From: Klebsormidium nitens
Taxonomy: Eukaryota > Plantae > Klebsormidiophyceae
Direction of reading: 5' to 3'
Length of the DNA: 64,000 bases
Assembly: GCA_000708835.1 (NCBI GenBank)
Contig: DF237144.1
Location: 1-64,000 of the forward strand
The notes beneath the pieces are model-generated. The model did no database searches and had not been told where the DNA came from. It was given only the letters and a program-made list of their open reading frames with translations. The position numbers were made by a program, and so were the translations under genes. Of the stretch, positions 39,058 through 50,418 are shown piece after piece (position 1 is the first letter of the stretch; every line of letters starts with the position of its first letter).

Positions 39058-39649
39058 NNNNNNNNNNNNNNNNNNNNNNNNNNNNNNNNNNNNNNNNNNN
39101 NNNNNNNNNNNNNNNNNNNNNNNNNNNNNNNNNNNNNNNNNNNNNNNNNNNNNNNNNNNNNNNNNNNNNNNNNNNNNNNNNNNNNNNNNNNNNNNNNNNN
39201 NNNNNNNNNNNNNNNNNNNNNNNNNNNNNNNNNNNNNNNNNNNNNNNNNNNNNNNNNNNNNNNNNNNNNNNNNNNNNNNNNNNNNNNNNNNNNNNNNNNN
39301 NNNNNNNNNNNNNNNNNNNNNNNNNNNNNNNNNNNNNNNNNNNNNNNNNNNNNNNNNNNNNNNNNNNNNNNNNNNNNNNNNNNNNNNNNNNNNNNNNNNN
39401 NNNNNNNNNNNNNNNNNNNNNNNNNNNNNNNNNNNNNNNNNNNNNNNNNNNNNNNNNNNNNNNNNNNNNNNNNNNNNNNNNNNNNNNNNNNNNNNNNNNN
39501 NNNNNNNNNNNNNNNNNNNNNNNNNNNNNNNNNNNNNNNNNNNNNNNNNNNNNNNNNNNNNNNNNNNNNNNNNNNNNNNNNNNNNNNNNNNNNNNNNNNN
39601 NNNNNNNNNNNNNNNNNNNNNNNNNNNNNNNNNNNNNNNNNNNNNNNNN
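39058..39649. other. Assembly gap (592 N)
   Basis: Run of N. The same sequence, attggtacacgtggtgatgtgtggtgtac, lies immediately on both sides. Confidence 0.99.
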
Positions 39650-39812
39650 ATTGGTACACGTGGTGATGTGTGGTGTACAGGACTCCGATCTGATCAGCCC
39701 ATACAAAAACAGCTACGCGTCCATCATAAGTTGAAATCATGGCCCCCTTGGAAAAGTATGAAAAGATATAACCAGAAAACAACAAATATAACAGCATATA
39801 CTCACCCCCTTC

Positions 39813-40502
39813 TTAGTAGTGGTACACATGGTGATGCGTTGTGTACAAAACCTCCGTCTTGATCAGCCCATCCGTCAGCAGCTTTGCCACCCGGTTGCGC
39901 GCTGGTGTGAACAGCTCCCCGATCTCTGCTTCCGAGCCGTTGCCACGATAACCCGCGTGCCACGCCAGAATGGTTTGGTAGGTCTGCGCTGCTTGCGACA
40001 GCTCATGGGCTCTATTCCCGGTGTCAAGAAACGCGCCCTGGTGGCCCCAGAGCAGAAACAGCGCGAAGAATATGCACACGGCCATCAGAAGGCCCCCGAA
40101 GAGCGACATCATGAACCCTGGGAGATCAAACTGGCTGATCTCGTCCGCTTTCTCGACCGCGGTGTTCCGGGACTTTTGCGCGCCGACCGCGAGAAGCACC
40201 AGAAAGATGAGAATCAGCACCGCCCAGAAAGGCAACCATTTGCTGAGCGTTGAGACGTGCTTCCGGCGCAAATGCGCTGCATAGTTGGCCGCGCCGACCT
40301 CAGCGATCGTCGGCAGCGCGCCGAGGAAAGCCCCCTGGACTTCCACGCCGGTGACTGGGTGCGCTAGAGTGTGCAGGTCAAATGGCGTGTCTGGCAGCTG
40401 TTTTTGCGAGGGACCCGCTGACGGAAGGGTGACGCCATTTGGGTTGATTGGGATTACAACTGGAGGGGGGTTGTTGTTGGAGTGCATTCCGCCCCCCTGC
40501 AT
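39813..40502 (-). CDS. Hypothetical protein with two predicted transmembrane helices, 229 aa, apparently a single coding exon
   Basis: Uninterrupted 690-nt GC-rich ORF starting at ATG. Hydrophobic stretches WLPFWAVLILIFLVLLAVG and FMMSLFGGLLMAVCIFFALFLLWG, and a Pro-rich N-terminus. A GTGAGT donor lies just after the stop, and the 3' end is echoed downstream like the other genes. No family recognised. Confidence 0.6.
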   Translation of the reverse strand: MQGGGMHSNNNPPPVVIPINPNGVTLPSAGPSQKQLPDTPFDLHTLAHPVTGVEVQGAFLGALPTIAEVGAANYAAHLRRKHVSTLSKWLPFWAVLILIFLVLLAVGAQKSRNTAVEKADEISQFDLPGFMMSLFGGLLMAVCIFFALFLLWGHQGAFLDTGNRAHELSQAAQTYQTILAWHAGYRGNGSEAEIGELFTPARNRVAKLLTDGLIKTEVLYTTHHHVYHY

Positions 40503-41149
40503 TGCTGTTAGGTACTATGGCGTCCGTAGGAATGTGGGAGAGAACAAAGTCTGTTTGAGGGAGGGATGGGGTTGAGCTGGGCACAGATTTGAAGCTAGCT
40601 GCTTCTAGCAATGTACGATCAAATAGACAGATGATTGTTGAAGGTAAGTAACCCTGATTCAGCACAAAGATAAAGGACTAGCTAGGGTACTTTTAATTGT
40701 CCAGATGAAGATGGTGAGACGCAGCTCAGAAAAGGCAGAGGAAGCGAAGTGGCTTGCAAAAGACATACCAAGCTGAGACTAGAGTCCGGTAAGCGGAAAG
40801 CTGCTTTCAGGTTTGGAAGACCTTAGGCTTTGGCGCCTTTTCGCTTGAAGCGGAATTGCACACAGCAAACAGATGATGGACCGACCAGCGTTCAGAGAGC
40901 AGCGTGTGCACTGTGGAGTGTGAACTCTTGAGTCTTGGGAGACTGGCAACTGCACTTTGCACTTTTGCCAGCCTGGGATGCTGCTGTTGTCACCTTGACT
41001 CTTGAGCTCCAGCCTGCTGCCTTGACTCGAGCCACAAACTTAGAACTACAGTCGATATCAGAGGCCACTTAGGTTCGCCTGGGGTAGGTACCGAACGTAC
41101 TTGTTTGATCGAACGCGAATCTGTGACGTACCAGTACCTACTTACCTAT

Positions 41150-41359
41150 TACCGTACCAATTGTCCGGTTGGGCAAATTTTTGCCCAATAATTAATTTCG
41201 TATCTCAGGGATTTTGGGCAGCTTCATTTATGCAATTATTTTGTTTTTTTACGGGGCAAAATGATCTGCAAATCCTTAATTGGAATTTATTTTCAATTCA
41301 GATTTTTGGGCAAGTCAAAATATATTTAATTGTTGCCCAGCCGGACAATTGGTACGGTA
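41150..41359. mobile_element. MITE with 27-bp TIRs and TA flanks (Tc1/mariner-like)
   Basis: Left TACCGTACCAATTGTCCGGTTGGGCAA; right reverse complement TACCGTACCAATTGTCCGGCTGGGCAA (1 mismatch). Sister copy at 16578-16781. Confidence 0.88.
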
Positions 41360-41395
41360 GGTACCGTAGTCCAACACTCCGATAACTCTAGTCTG

Positions 41396-41689
41396 ACCTA
41401 AGTCCAACGTGATGATTCCGAACGATTTTATTTCGAATTATTTTCCAACAATCCGACCTAGAAAGCGGAAATATTTATGCAGATTCCGACAACAATCCGG
41501 ATGCCCTATGTTCCCAGTAAGAATGGGATTTGAAGGCTGATTTTGGCCGTTTTGGGGCTTCTAAGGACCATTCTAAGATTAATTAAACTTTCCTAATTTC
41601 CACTTTCCGAATGCGAAATCCGAATTTCTGACTTTCCGAATGCAGATAATTATTTATTTATTCGGAATCATTACCTTGGACTACGGGTA
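41396..41689. mobile_element. MITE, degenerate inverted copy of the 42754-43080 family
   Basis: The right end tgcagataattatttatttattcggaatcattaccttggactacgggta is the reverse complement of the left end of the 42754 element. The left TIR is eroded (cctaagtccaacgtgatgattccgaa). Confidence 0.7.
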
Positions 41690-42199
41690 TGCGGCGTACG
41701 CAACCTGCGGAGTCAAAAGCTGGACTATCTGTGTAGTAAGTACCTACCGAACGAGGTTGTAGTGCCCGGTTCTAACCATGCATGGTCGCCTCCAATTTAA
41801 AGACGGGGCGCGTAACCAGCGACAGAGAGAGTATAACTGTCTGCAACCTTGTCGCTCTGCTGGACGGCGCTCCCCCTAAACCCGGCGCATGTAAAGAGAG
41901 ACTGGAGATGTTTGCGGTACCCTACGGTACCTTTTGAGGTACGGTACCTTAGCTGTAATTCAAGTCCATCACGATTTAGGTATTACGTGTTAGTTACCGG
42001 TACAATCGGGCATGGCAACATAAAGCAATGATTTGAAAAGATTTCTCGGAAGGGGCCCGCCCTTCTTCACACTATCCTGAAAGTTCCGAGTCTCCGACTC
42101 TCCGACCATTCTTTCTACAGTTTTTACAAACCCACTTTTACAAACCCACTTTAAAAACACATTTCTCTTGCCAAACTTTGTGTTGTTAGGGTATGGTTA

Positions 42200-42733
42200 G
42201 GGGAAGGTCACTTTGAAGTGGTACCCCCCCTTATTATTTGTAGAGGGTTTTTGCCGGGAGCACTGGGTCCCCCCCCATACCCACGGCCCTAGTGGAACTG
42301 GAGCCTCGGGCCCCCCTCCCATGTATTTTTCCTGGATCAGGGCCCTGGGTAGCCCCCCCATATTTGTGTGTGGGAGAAGCCAAATAGGATTGATAAGTCG
42401 CTTATGCGGGCCATATGAACCCATTTTCTTTGCAAATTTGCGTTGAAGATCTTCGTATGGGGCAATTTATAAAGCCTTTTTGACGAATATTAGTCGATAA
42501 AACCTTGATTTCGCCTCAAAATCACATGAAAATCGGGACCGGGCTCCATGCTCCCCCCCCTTGAGCTACCTGAAAGGCCAAGCTCGTTAGGCTGCCCCCC
42601 CATCAAGCCCGCCTGTGAGCAAAGTGTGGGTGCGTCCCCCCCCCCACTAGGGGCCCCGAGCCGCGCTCGGAGCCCTAGGCTCCCCCCCCTCACAAATAAT
42701 TAGGGGGGGTACCACTTCAAAATGACCTTCCCC
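42200..42733. mobile_element. PIF/Harbinger (Tourist-like) MITE, 534 bp
   Basis: TIRs of about 40 bp, ggggaaggtca(c/t)tttgaagtggtaccccccc..attatttg, with a TTA target-site duplication at 42197-42199 and 42734-42736. Confidence 0.88.
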
Positions 42734-42753
42734 TTAACTTTATTATTATTAAG

Positions 42754-43080
42754 TACCCGTACGACCAAGGTATGATTCCGAATAAATAAATAATTATTTG
42801 CATTCGGAAACTTGGAAACTCCGGATAAGCAGTCGGATTCTGCTTTTTCGGAAACCAGAAATAAAGGCTAAATCTCATTCGGAGAGTGACTTCTAAGGCC
42901 GTATGAATATACGGTACGTACCGTTTACCATTAAAGGCGTAGGAATATGGGTACCTAGGTACCTCCTGGCAATTCGGATTTGGGGTCGGAAAGTGGAAAA
43001 TAATACATCATTTGGGCTCGCATTCGCTAAAATAATTGCCTTTTTTTAGCATTCGGAATCATACCTTGGTCGTACGGGTA
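42754..43080. mobile_element. MITE with 30-bp perfect TIRs, TA-flanked
   Basis: tacccgtacgaccaaggtatgattccgaat ... attcggaatcataccttggtcgtacgggta. Confidence 0.9.
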
Positions 43081-43496
43081 AGTTTCCTCTTGACATTCTA
43101 GAACTGGAGAGCAACCAGAGATCCACATGTCATGTGAATCGTTTCCATGTATGCCCGCCGATTGGCAGCATGTTCACATGTGTTTTGTCGTTTCCGTCAA
43201 ACATTAAATACTTCATCCGCACATGATAACGATCTTTTAACTGCGCCAAGAATCGACGGTCTACCGAGGCAAGTCGTCGGACACTCCCCTTAGATTCCTA
43301 CATCTCTGGAGTGGCCAGTACTCTTGAGTCTTGGCCACAAATACAAGGCGCAGATTTTCATGGGGCAGGCCCGCAGGTACTGTACAGTGTATAGGTAGAT
43401 CAGTATGCAAAATCCAAAGGTACGTACCATCCGAGATTAGACCCTGAACGGTACATCAACGGTACTTTACCTTCCTGTAGTTTTGCTCGTCAATGT

Positions 43497-43694
43497 AGTC
43501 TGGTAACTAAAGAGTGACTTAACAGCTGGGTGACTTAAAATAGGCACCCGGGGGACGGGTGGGGTTAGCATGGTGGTTAGGGTGGGTTCGGGTGCGGAGC
43601 GGGTGATTATCTGGGTTAGGTTTTTTAGTTTGTTTGGTCGGGGATTGTGAGTCTTAAGTCACTCACCCGTTAAGTCACCCCGGAGTTACCAGTA
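43497..43694. mobile_element. Small foldback element with a 10-bp target-site duplication (Mutator-like)
   Basis: Imperfect TIRs ctggtaact..gtgacttaac.g..gtgacttaa. Direct repeat tcgtcaatgt at 43487-43496 and 43695-43704. The interior is rich in GGGTT/GGTTAG. Confidence 0.65.
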
Positions 43695-44329
43695 TCGTCA
43701 ATGTCTGTACCCAAGGTTTTACCGGTGCCTTCAATACCGGTACCTTCAAATACCTGGGTACCTGCCAGTGCTATCTAGGTCCGAAAAATGTAAGTGGACT
43801 CCTCCTGATTCTGTCGAATTAGGGCGCGCGCCTGCAATCCGGAAGGAGGACCGGCAGTGCAAATGAGTAGGAGTAATACCCTAGTCCAATGATGATCGCC
43901 TTCCTCTGCAATCTTTCCTAGGCTAGGCGCTCTGCCTCTCTCTTTCTGTCTTCAATGCCTCTTCACACGTTTCTTGTCTCTAGACCCTCTCTTTACCTGA
44001 AGTAGGTACCTGATTTTACCAGCCTGAAGCTGTGAAGAAAGTCATCGAAAGTGCAGAAAATAAAGGCGGCTCGTTCGGCAAACCCTCTGTTACCTGCAGA
44101 AGGGAGGGAAGCTAGCAGAGGCTCAGAAAAGCTCCCAGACAGTGGCCTGACCGGAGCTGACCCTCTAAGCAGTGCAACAGAAGTACGCGCAGCTAGTTTC
44201 TCTCTTAGCTACACATAAAACGCCCTTCGCAAAGCACAACAGCTGAAACGGCCGGAGCTCAAACTTCAGGCTGTCACTTGAGAATTCGTCACAGCTTCAG
44301 GTTTTTAAATTCTGAAAAAAGTTATTCTT

Positions 44330-47300
44330 ATGGCAGAACCCATCATGAGGCGACCACGCGATCTGGCTTCTGCAAAGCCGCATAGCCAGCGACATTGGCA
44401 GCCAGGAAGACTTCACATGAGCGATAGTCGGGGTCGTGTTTCTCTTCTTGCCGCGCTACTGATTGCTGTCTGCATCTTTTTAGAACTTGCAGTGCCGGTG
44501 AGTCCAACACAGCCACCTAATATGCAGTTCTTTATGATTTGTTGCCATTAAGGACCTTAGGGAACATATACACTCTCTGTGGTGATTTCCAGAGTGCCTT
44601 CTCCAAGAAGCTATTTCAATGTTTGTTACAGACCCTTGCGCGGCCGCTCAATCAAGGATTTTGTAGTCAAAAGTCGTTCCTGTAACCATCCATGAATGCT
44701 TTTTACAAAAATCTACTTTGTCTCTTGTAACAGACCCTTGCGCGGCCGCTCAATGGGACGGAAGACCTGCCATCAGCGCATGGGCTCAGCATGAACCTCC
44801 AAACAGGTATGCCCTCCTCTGAGCAGCGGACCCACCAGAGGTGTCTTTCAACTTGAGAAAGGTACCCGCGTATACTTCAGCTGCGCTTCTGACCTTTGGT
44901 ACCAGTCCAAGAAGGTTGCATTCAGCCGTGTCGGTTGTCAGAGTGGATCCGCTGACATCAGCGGGCGGCAAAAGGGCAAGAAAGAGAAGCTAGAGTAAGA
45001 AGTGGATGAGGAGAAAGTGTTGGCGTCCCCTCTGGGTGAGGCCCCTCTCTGCAACTTCACAAGGTGCCCAAGGGTGCACTCCACAGCAGTCTTTGTCACC
45101 TGGGCGACCAACACAGGGGAAGCAAGGGTAATAGGTCGCCGAGAAGTGCACCCAAATTGAAGGAGCTAAAAACGTGCATCCTGTAGATGGCACGGAGCCG
45201 GCAGTGCATATTGAGAGCCTTGCTCGAGGCTGCCACCAGCTTATGCCGTTTAGATGCTCTTTGCGGGTTTTTTCTTCGCTTTTCCTTCCTTCCCTGCGTT
45301 CTCTGGATATGCGTTCTCTGATCTGTCTTCGGCTAGCTTCCATTCCGCTCTTCTTCTACTTCCATCTACGGTTCTTAGCTACCTATTATTCGGAGAATCG
45401 GTTTTATTCGCTCCCCACCTTAAGCCGAATCGACCTGATTCTCACTTCAGCTCGCGTTCCCCTTTTCGTTATCCCATTTGCCCGATCCCTGTGATACTTA
45501 AAGTTTGCTCCTCATGAGCCCAAAGTTTTGTTTCTGTTTCGTCTTAACTGTAAGAGCCGCTCTGCTAAATTAAGTCCCGAATCTTATTCAATGCACTCTC
45601 CACCTAATTGATTCGTACCATTCAGAGCTGCAAGTGAGCTTGCATGAAGAGTTTCAACGAGGTTCTGAGTTTCAAAGGTCTCGTTTCTGAAGAATTTGAA
45701 GTCCTCGGTACTTTACTGGCAGGGCCTCGTGTCTGAGAGTGTAGAAGTGCAAATATCATTACCTGTTATTCTTACATGCAGATTTATACAAAGATTGGGT
45801 CCGGAAGTTCATAAATGCGGTTTTACGAAAGCAAACGACCTTCACCCTTTGCAGGAAGGAAGCTGCTCGCTGTCGGCACGTGCACGATCGTCTCGACCGA
45901 TAAGCGGTTCACCGCTTATACCTGCGGCTCGGGCGCTTATGCCGACCGCCCATACGCCGCCTGTTGCATCAGCCCCACTAGTTGCCTGAGCGCGCGCATC
46001 GCTCCGCGCTCCGACTGTTCCGCCAACGGAATCTTCACCAGCCCCTCGTGCTGCTATGATACGAGCAGCCGCTCGCCGCCCGCTTATAATACGAGGAGTT
46101 CCAGTTCCGGAGACAGTCCGTCTTCCCCAGAAAGGAAGTTGTTGGTAGCGGGGATTGTTGCTGCCGTTATTGGAATCGTGGTACTCAGTTGTTTGGGGTT
46201 CCTCCTGTGTTGCCTCGTGAAGAAGAGGACGAAGGAAGTGGAGAAGGACCGCCGGAATTCCGCTTACGTTCCGGCGGATCGGCCGGTGCCAGCACACCCG
46301 GCTTCCAGTGGTGAGCAGAAAACGTTCCTCCGTTCTTTCGTCTCCTTTTGCTACAGAATGGGTTCGCTAGAACGGACCAGAAGGTCCCGCTGTGTATTCA
46401 GGAGCGTCGTGAGTGAGTACGCCGGGAACGGCCAAGCTCGCGTCCCGAGAAGCGCTTAATCGGTTCTGGCTATTGTTGATAAATTGGCTTTCTGGGTTTT
46501 TCAGCGAAATTGGAATGACATCAGGACATCCTGAAATTCCTGCGTCCTTTTGGATTCTCAAAACTTTCCACCCAAAAGCATACACCAGTCGTTTGTTTAC
46601 GTAACAATCTCACAGGAAAGAAACCCTCATTCAAGGTTACAGATAGAAAAGACGAGCCTTTCGGAACGTACGCCTGGGCTGGCTCGCCCGATAGGTCTTT
46701 TCCCCCCGTACGTCTACTGCTTCTAGAAGTCACAGGAAGGGGATGCAAACCGGAAAAGGTTCGGCCTATCATGCCTTTCGCCTACAAACCCTGACCTTCT
46801 TTGCAAATGCCTACAAAACATGATTCTCGTCTCCTTTGCTACTAGGAATCACAGAAGCGGAACGAAGCAGAGTAGATTGAGCCAAAGCCGCCCGATCCAA
46901 CCTCTACTCCCCGCTTGCGAGCGCTCAACGACTCCTTGTTCTTTCCTCCTGTCCTTCTAGGTACCTCAGGGCGGGACGCCTCGAATTCACAACCTGCTGA
47001 GCGCTTGCAGCCCAAATACATGCAACTCTAGTCCGTTAACGATAAACGAAAGCCTGGTTTAAGATCGTTGCGAGGACATTTTGATCTTGAAATCATGAAG
47101 CTTTTTTGGCTATTTTGGTCTTAAAAATTGGGACAGACCGTTTCGATCTTAAAAGCTGAGTTTTTGAGATCAAAACGGCCTCAGCATACGATCCTAAACC
47201 GCGAAACGATTTATTCTCGTTGCGAGCGCCCAACAAATCCCAAGAGTTCGTCTCCTTTCATCAGGTAGCACATGGAGGCGGTCGAACAATTTGGCTCGTC

Positions 47301-48481
47301 GACCTCTCAGTGCCGCCAGCCTGAAAGCCCTATTCCCCTTTGCGAGGACCCAGCAAAGTTCTCACCTTTGTTTTCTTCGCTTCTAGGTGTTACAGGGACG
47401 GAAGGCTAGCCGCAATACGTCGATCCAGTTCTGCCCGGCCGGTTACAGACCCTACTCCGGACTGCATGAGCGCCCACCAAAAAGTATTCGTCCCATCTTG
47501 GTTCCTTTCCAATATCCCGAAATTCGCAAATAAACCTTTCGTTTCTTCGCTTGCACTAGGTAACACGGGACCTAGAGGCCAACCGCAATGCGTTGATGCC
47601 ATTCCGTCCGGTTACAGACCCCACTCAGGACCGCAAGCGCCCGCAAAGCTCTTGCCCGTTTCTTTTCCTTTTTGGCACCATCTTACTGGAAAAGTTCGGC
47701 CTTTGACGGCAGCCAACAGGCTCCGAACCCTTCTTGACGCGCCCAACAAGGTTCTTACTCTCAAATTTGTTTTTTTCGCTCCTGGCCGTTACGGGAACTG
47801 GAGCTAGGTCGACGCAGTCATATCTCGCGATGTCATGAAGGGGTAAGCGCCATGAAGGGCAACAGCAACACTTAAATAAAAACCTAAAACAATGGTTTAC
47901 AGGCTCCGCACCCGTACCCTCCCTAACCCCCTGACCAACCCCACCCGTCCCTGGGTTACCCTTCATGGCGCTTACCCTTCATAAATTCGATTGGAAATGT
48001 CGCAGTCCACTTCGGATGAAGACGCTACTCAGCATCGAAGGCGTCCAACAGTTTCATCTCATCTCCTTTCCTTTTCGGTATCATACAAGCCGCAAATACA
48101 CCTTTCTTATTAAAGGTACCACAGGGTCCACCGCAATACGCCGATGCAGTTCCGCCCGGTTACAGACCCTACTCCGGCCCGCAAGCTTCCAGCGGAAAAC
48201 GAGTCTTTCGCTTTTCGTTTTTACAGGACAAGAACCGCGACCCCAGAAAACTCTGGCCTACGTGTCTGATTCTCTATGCAAGCGCCCAACAATATTCTCA
48301 CCTTAGATTTCTCTACTATGTGATTCCAGGTAACACAGGGCCGGGAGTTCAACTGCAGCACGTCGATCAAGTGCCCCCCGGTTCCAGACCCTACTCCGGG
48401 CCGCAAGCGCTCCCCCCGCATCCGCCGGTCTACCAAGCTCAGTCGTACGGACAGCCAGCTCAGTCGTTCCCGCAGTCCTGA
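44330..48481 (+). CDS. Single-pass (type I) membrane protein with an 8-Cys ectodomain and a Pro/Gln/Tyr-rich tail, about 282 aa, 4 exons
   Basis: Exons: 44330-44497 (start could be Met at 44417), 44734-44806, 45855-46310, 48330-48481. GT-AG and in phase (849 nt). Signal peptide (SLLAALLIAVCIFLELAVPTLA), GRKLL, Cys cluster, TM LLVAGIVAAVIGIVVLSCLGFLLCCLV followed by KKR, and a tail ..PPHPPVYQAQSYGQPAQSFPQS. Confidence 0.72.
46940..48320 (+). repeat. Echoes of the acceptor + start of the last exon of the 44330 gene
   Basis: (c/t)ag|GT..CA.GG..ccggttacagaccc(t/c)actc.gg copies with AG at about 46960, 47264, 47386, 47559 and 48115 versus the true 48329. A second echo of its exon 2 start lies at 44623-44657. 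Confidence 0.88.
47056..47200. mobile_element. Degenerate small MITE inserted within the echo array
   Basis: ggtttaagatcgttgcgaggacattttgatcttgaaa versus the reverse complement of the right end ggtttaggatcgtatgctgaggccgttttgatctcaaaa. No clear TSD. Confidence 0.55.
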
Positions 48482-50418
48482 CCCACTTCCGGGTTATGCG
48501 CTAACCAGCACTTTCACAGCGTAGAGGCCTGACCCCGCTTCCGGAATACGTGCTAACCAGAACCTTTCGTCAATAAGGAGTCAGCTTGTAGAAGCCACGG
48601 TGTTGACTCTGTAGTTCGAGCAACAGTTTTGGACAGTGCTAATCGAACAAATGAATTGTCGAGGATCTGGTACAGTAGAGCTCAGAGCAGGTTAAGAAAC
48701 TTCCAGGGTACGTGGGGAAAATCACAGGAGATTGGTTATTTTCGGTAACCATGACATCATGCTCCCCGCCTCATCCGGTCCCAATGACGTGTCCTTCTGA
48801 AGATATCTGCGTTGTTACGAGCCGTTCATACGTCCAAAGCTGAATGATAAGTTAGTCTCCTCGTGCACTCGGTTCGCTCATCATAATTGGGTGTAGTCAC
48901 AGTCAAACTTACGAGGCTAGGATACTCGTAGCATGAAAGGACGGCTGCATCGAGAAGATAGCATGCCTTCAAAGGATCCCTGCCTTGATCAAGCAATTGG
49001 CGCGGCGCGGTCGCGGTCGCGCCGCGATGTTGCATGCATAGCTCTGGGATCGCCTAGCTTACCCTATTTATGTCATTCGTGGTGTGATGCTGACGGTCGG
49101 TTCAGTCGGCTTAGCTCCGACGATCGCCTCCATGATGAACCATTAATGCGCCCTATGAACTGAGATCACCAATTTTAACTGCTTCGTGAAGACAGGGCGG
49201 CCGCCGATGACACCATCGTTTCAAGTTTCCAAGTTGAGCGCCAGCTAGCTGCTCCATATGCAGAAATTATGTTGAATATGCCGCCGGGCGCCGAAAGCTA
49301 CTAGTGATGAGCCGGTTACTGAGATTTCATATTTGATAGAGAGTGCAGATTTGGACTCACTGGACTATATATTACTAGACCGGCGAGCTTTGAGTACGCA
49401 TGGATTATATCCACACTATACTAAGTGCGAGCATATTGTGTTGATTGATAAGGTTGTCCAATCCAGATGCACGCATGACATTTATATGCATGACACACGT
49501 ACCGTCACGCCTGATTGAGCCAAGTTGATTGAGCATATGATGGGACTGTTAGATTCTCTCTTTAATCAAATCCAGAGGCCTGTAGAAAGCAGTCACTAAA
49601 GCTAGCTCTATCTTGATTAAAAACCAATCCTGCAAAAGTTTGCACTCCACAATGTGCATATACGTCGACTCAAATGTCTCCTGACTACTTCTGCCTTGTC
49701 CAAGCTCTTTCGAGCCTATGGTATCTGCTACCGCAGACCTACGGTTTTCGACGTACCGCTCAACGAAACAGGTCTGCCAAAAGTGTGGAGTTCCGACATT
49801 AGGACGAATGACGTACGAATGACGAACGCTGCTAGTATTTAACTGACCTTACGGCTCTCCTCCGCAGTCACTTTCGACCGCACCTGCCGCTTTGTTAGGC
49901 TGCCCTTTGACTGCAGGCTTCCGTCAGTTTGTACCGTCAGTTTGTATACAAAACGGAGTAAATTCCAAAAATGAAGACCCAAAAGTTCTGCCCAAAAATC
50001 GGCGCCGGATGATTCGCCAGAAAGACGTTTTTTTACGGGCCACGATCTATGTTAGGTCGTTCGTCTGATGGTCACCCCACCCAAAAGCACGCGGAATAAT
50101 GCACGGATGGCACTTTCAAGCAACCCAAATCCTCGTCAACCTTCTCTAACGAGACTCGAAAGACTGTCGCTTCTCCTGCATGGTAAGCTCCCCGGATTCG
50201 ACCTCCTTTCGAGGTCTTTCTACTCGAGCCCCCATGACCATTTCAATTCCTCCGATTCCGTTAACCACAGTCCTAAAAGTACAGTCGACCCTTGAAAGCA
50301 AAACGTATAAAGGCCCTAGATGTCAAAGTCCTGACCTCCAACAAAACCCTACGTCTGTGAGTCTTCAGTTCCCAAATGCTTTTGCAACCAAACCCACAAA
50401 CCTCCAAACTCCTGAACC

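Noticed and set aside
38960-39862. Long ORFs (205-271 aa) spanning 39.0-39.8 kb
   Set aside because: They are artefacts of translating the N gap.
46357-46370. Alternative acceptor ctacag|AATGG after exon 3 of the 44330 gene
   Set aside because: It would need a 46-nt intron and gives an immediate stop (EWVR*). The 48330 exon is in phase and is the one echoed. It cannot be excluded as a minor isoform.
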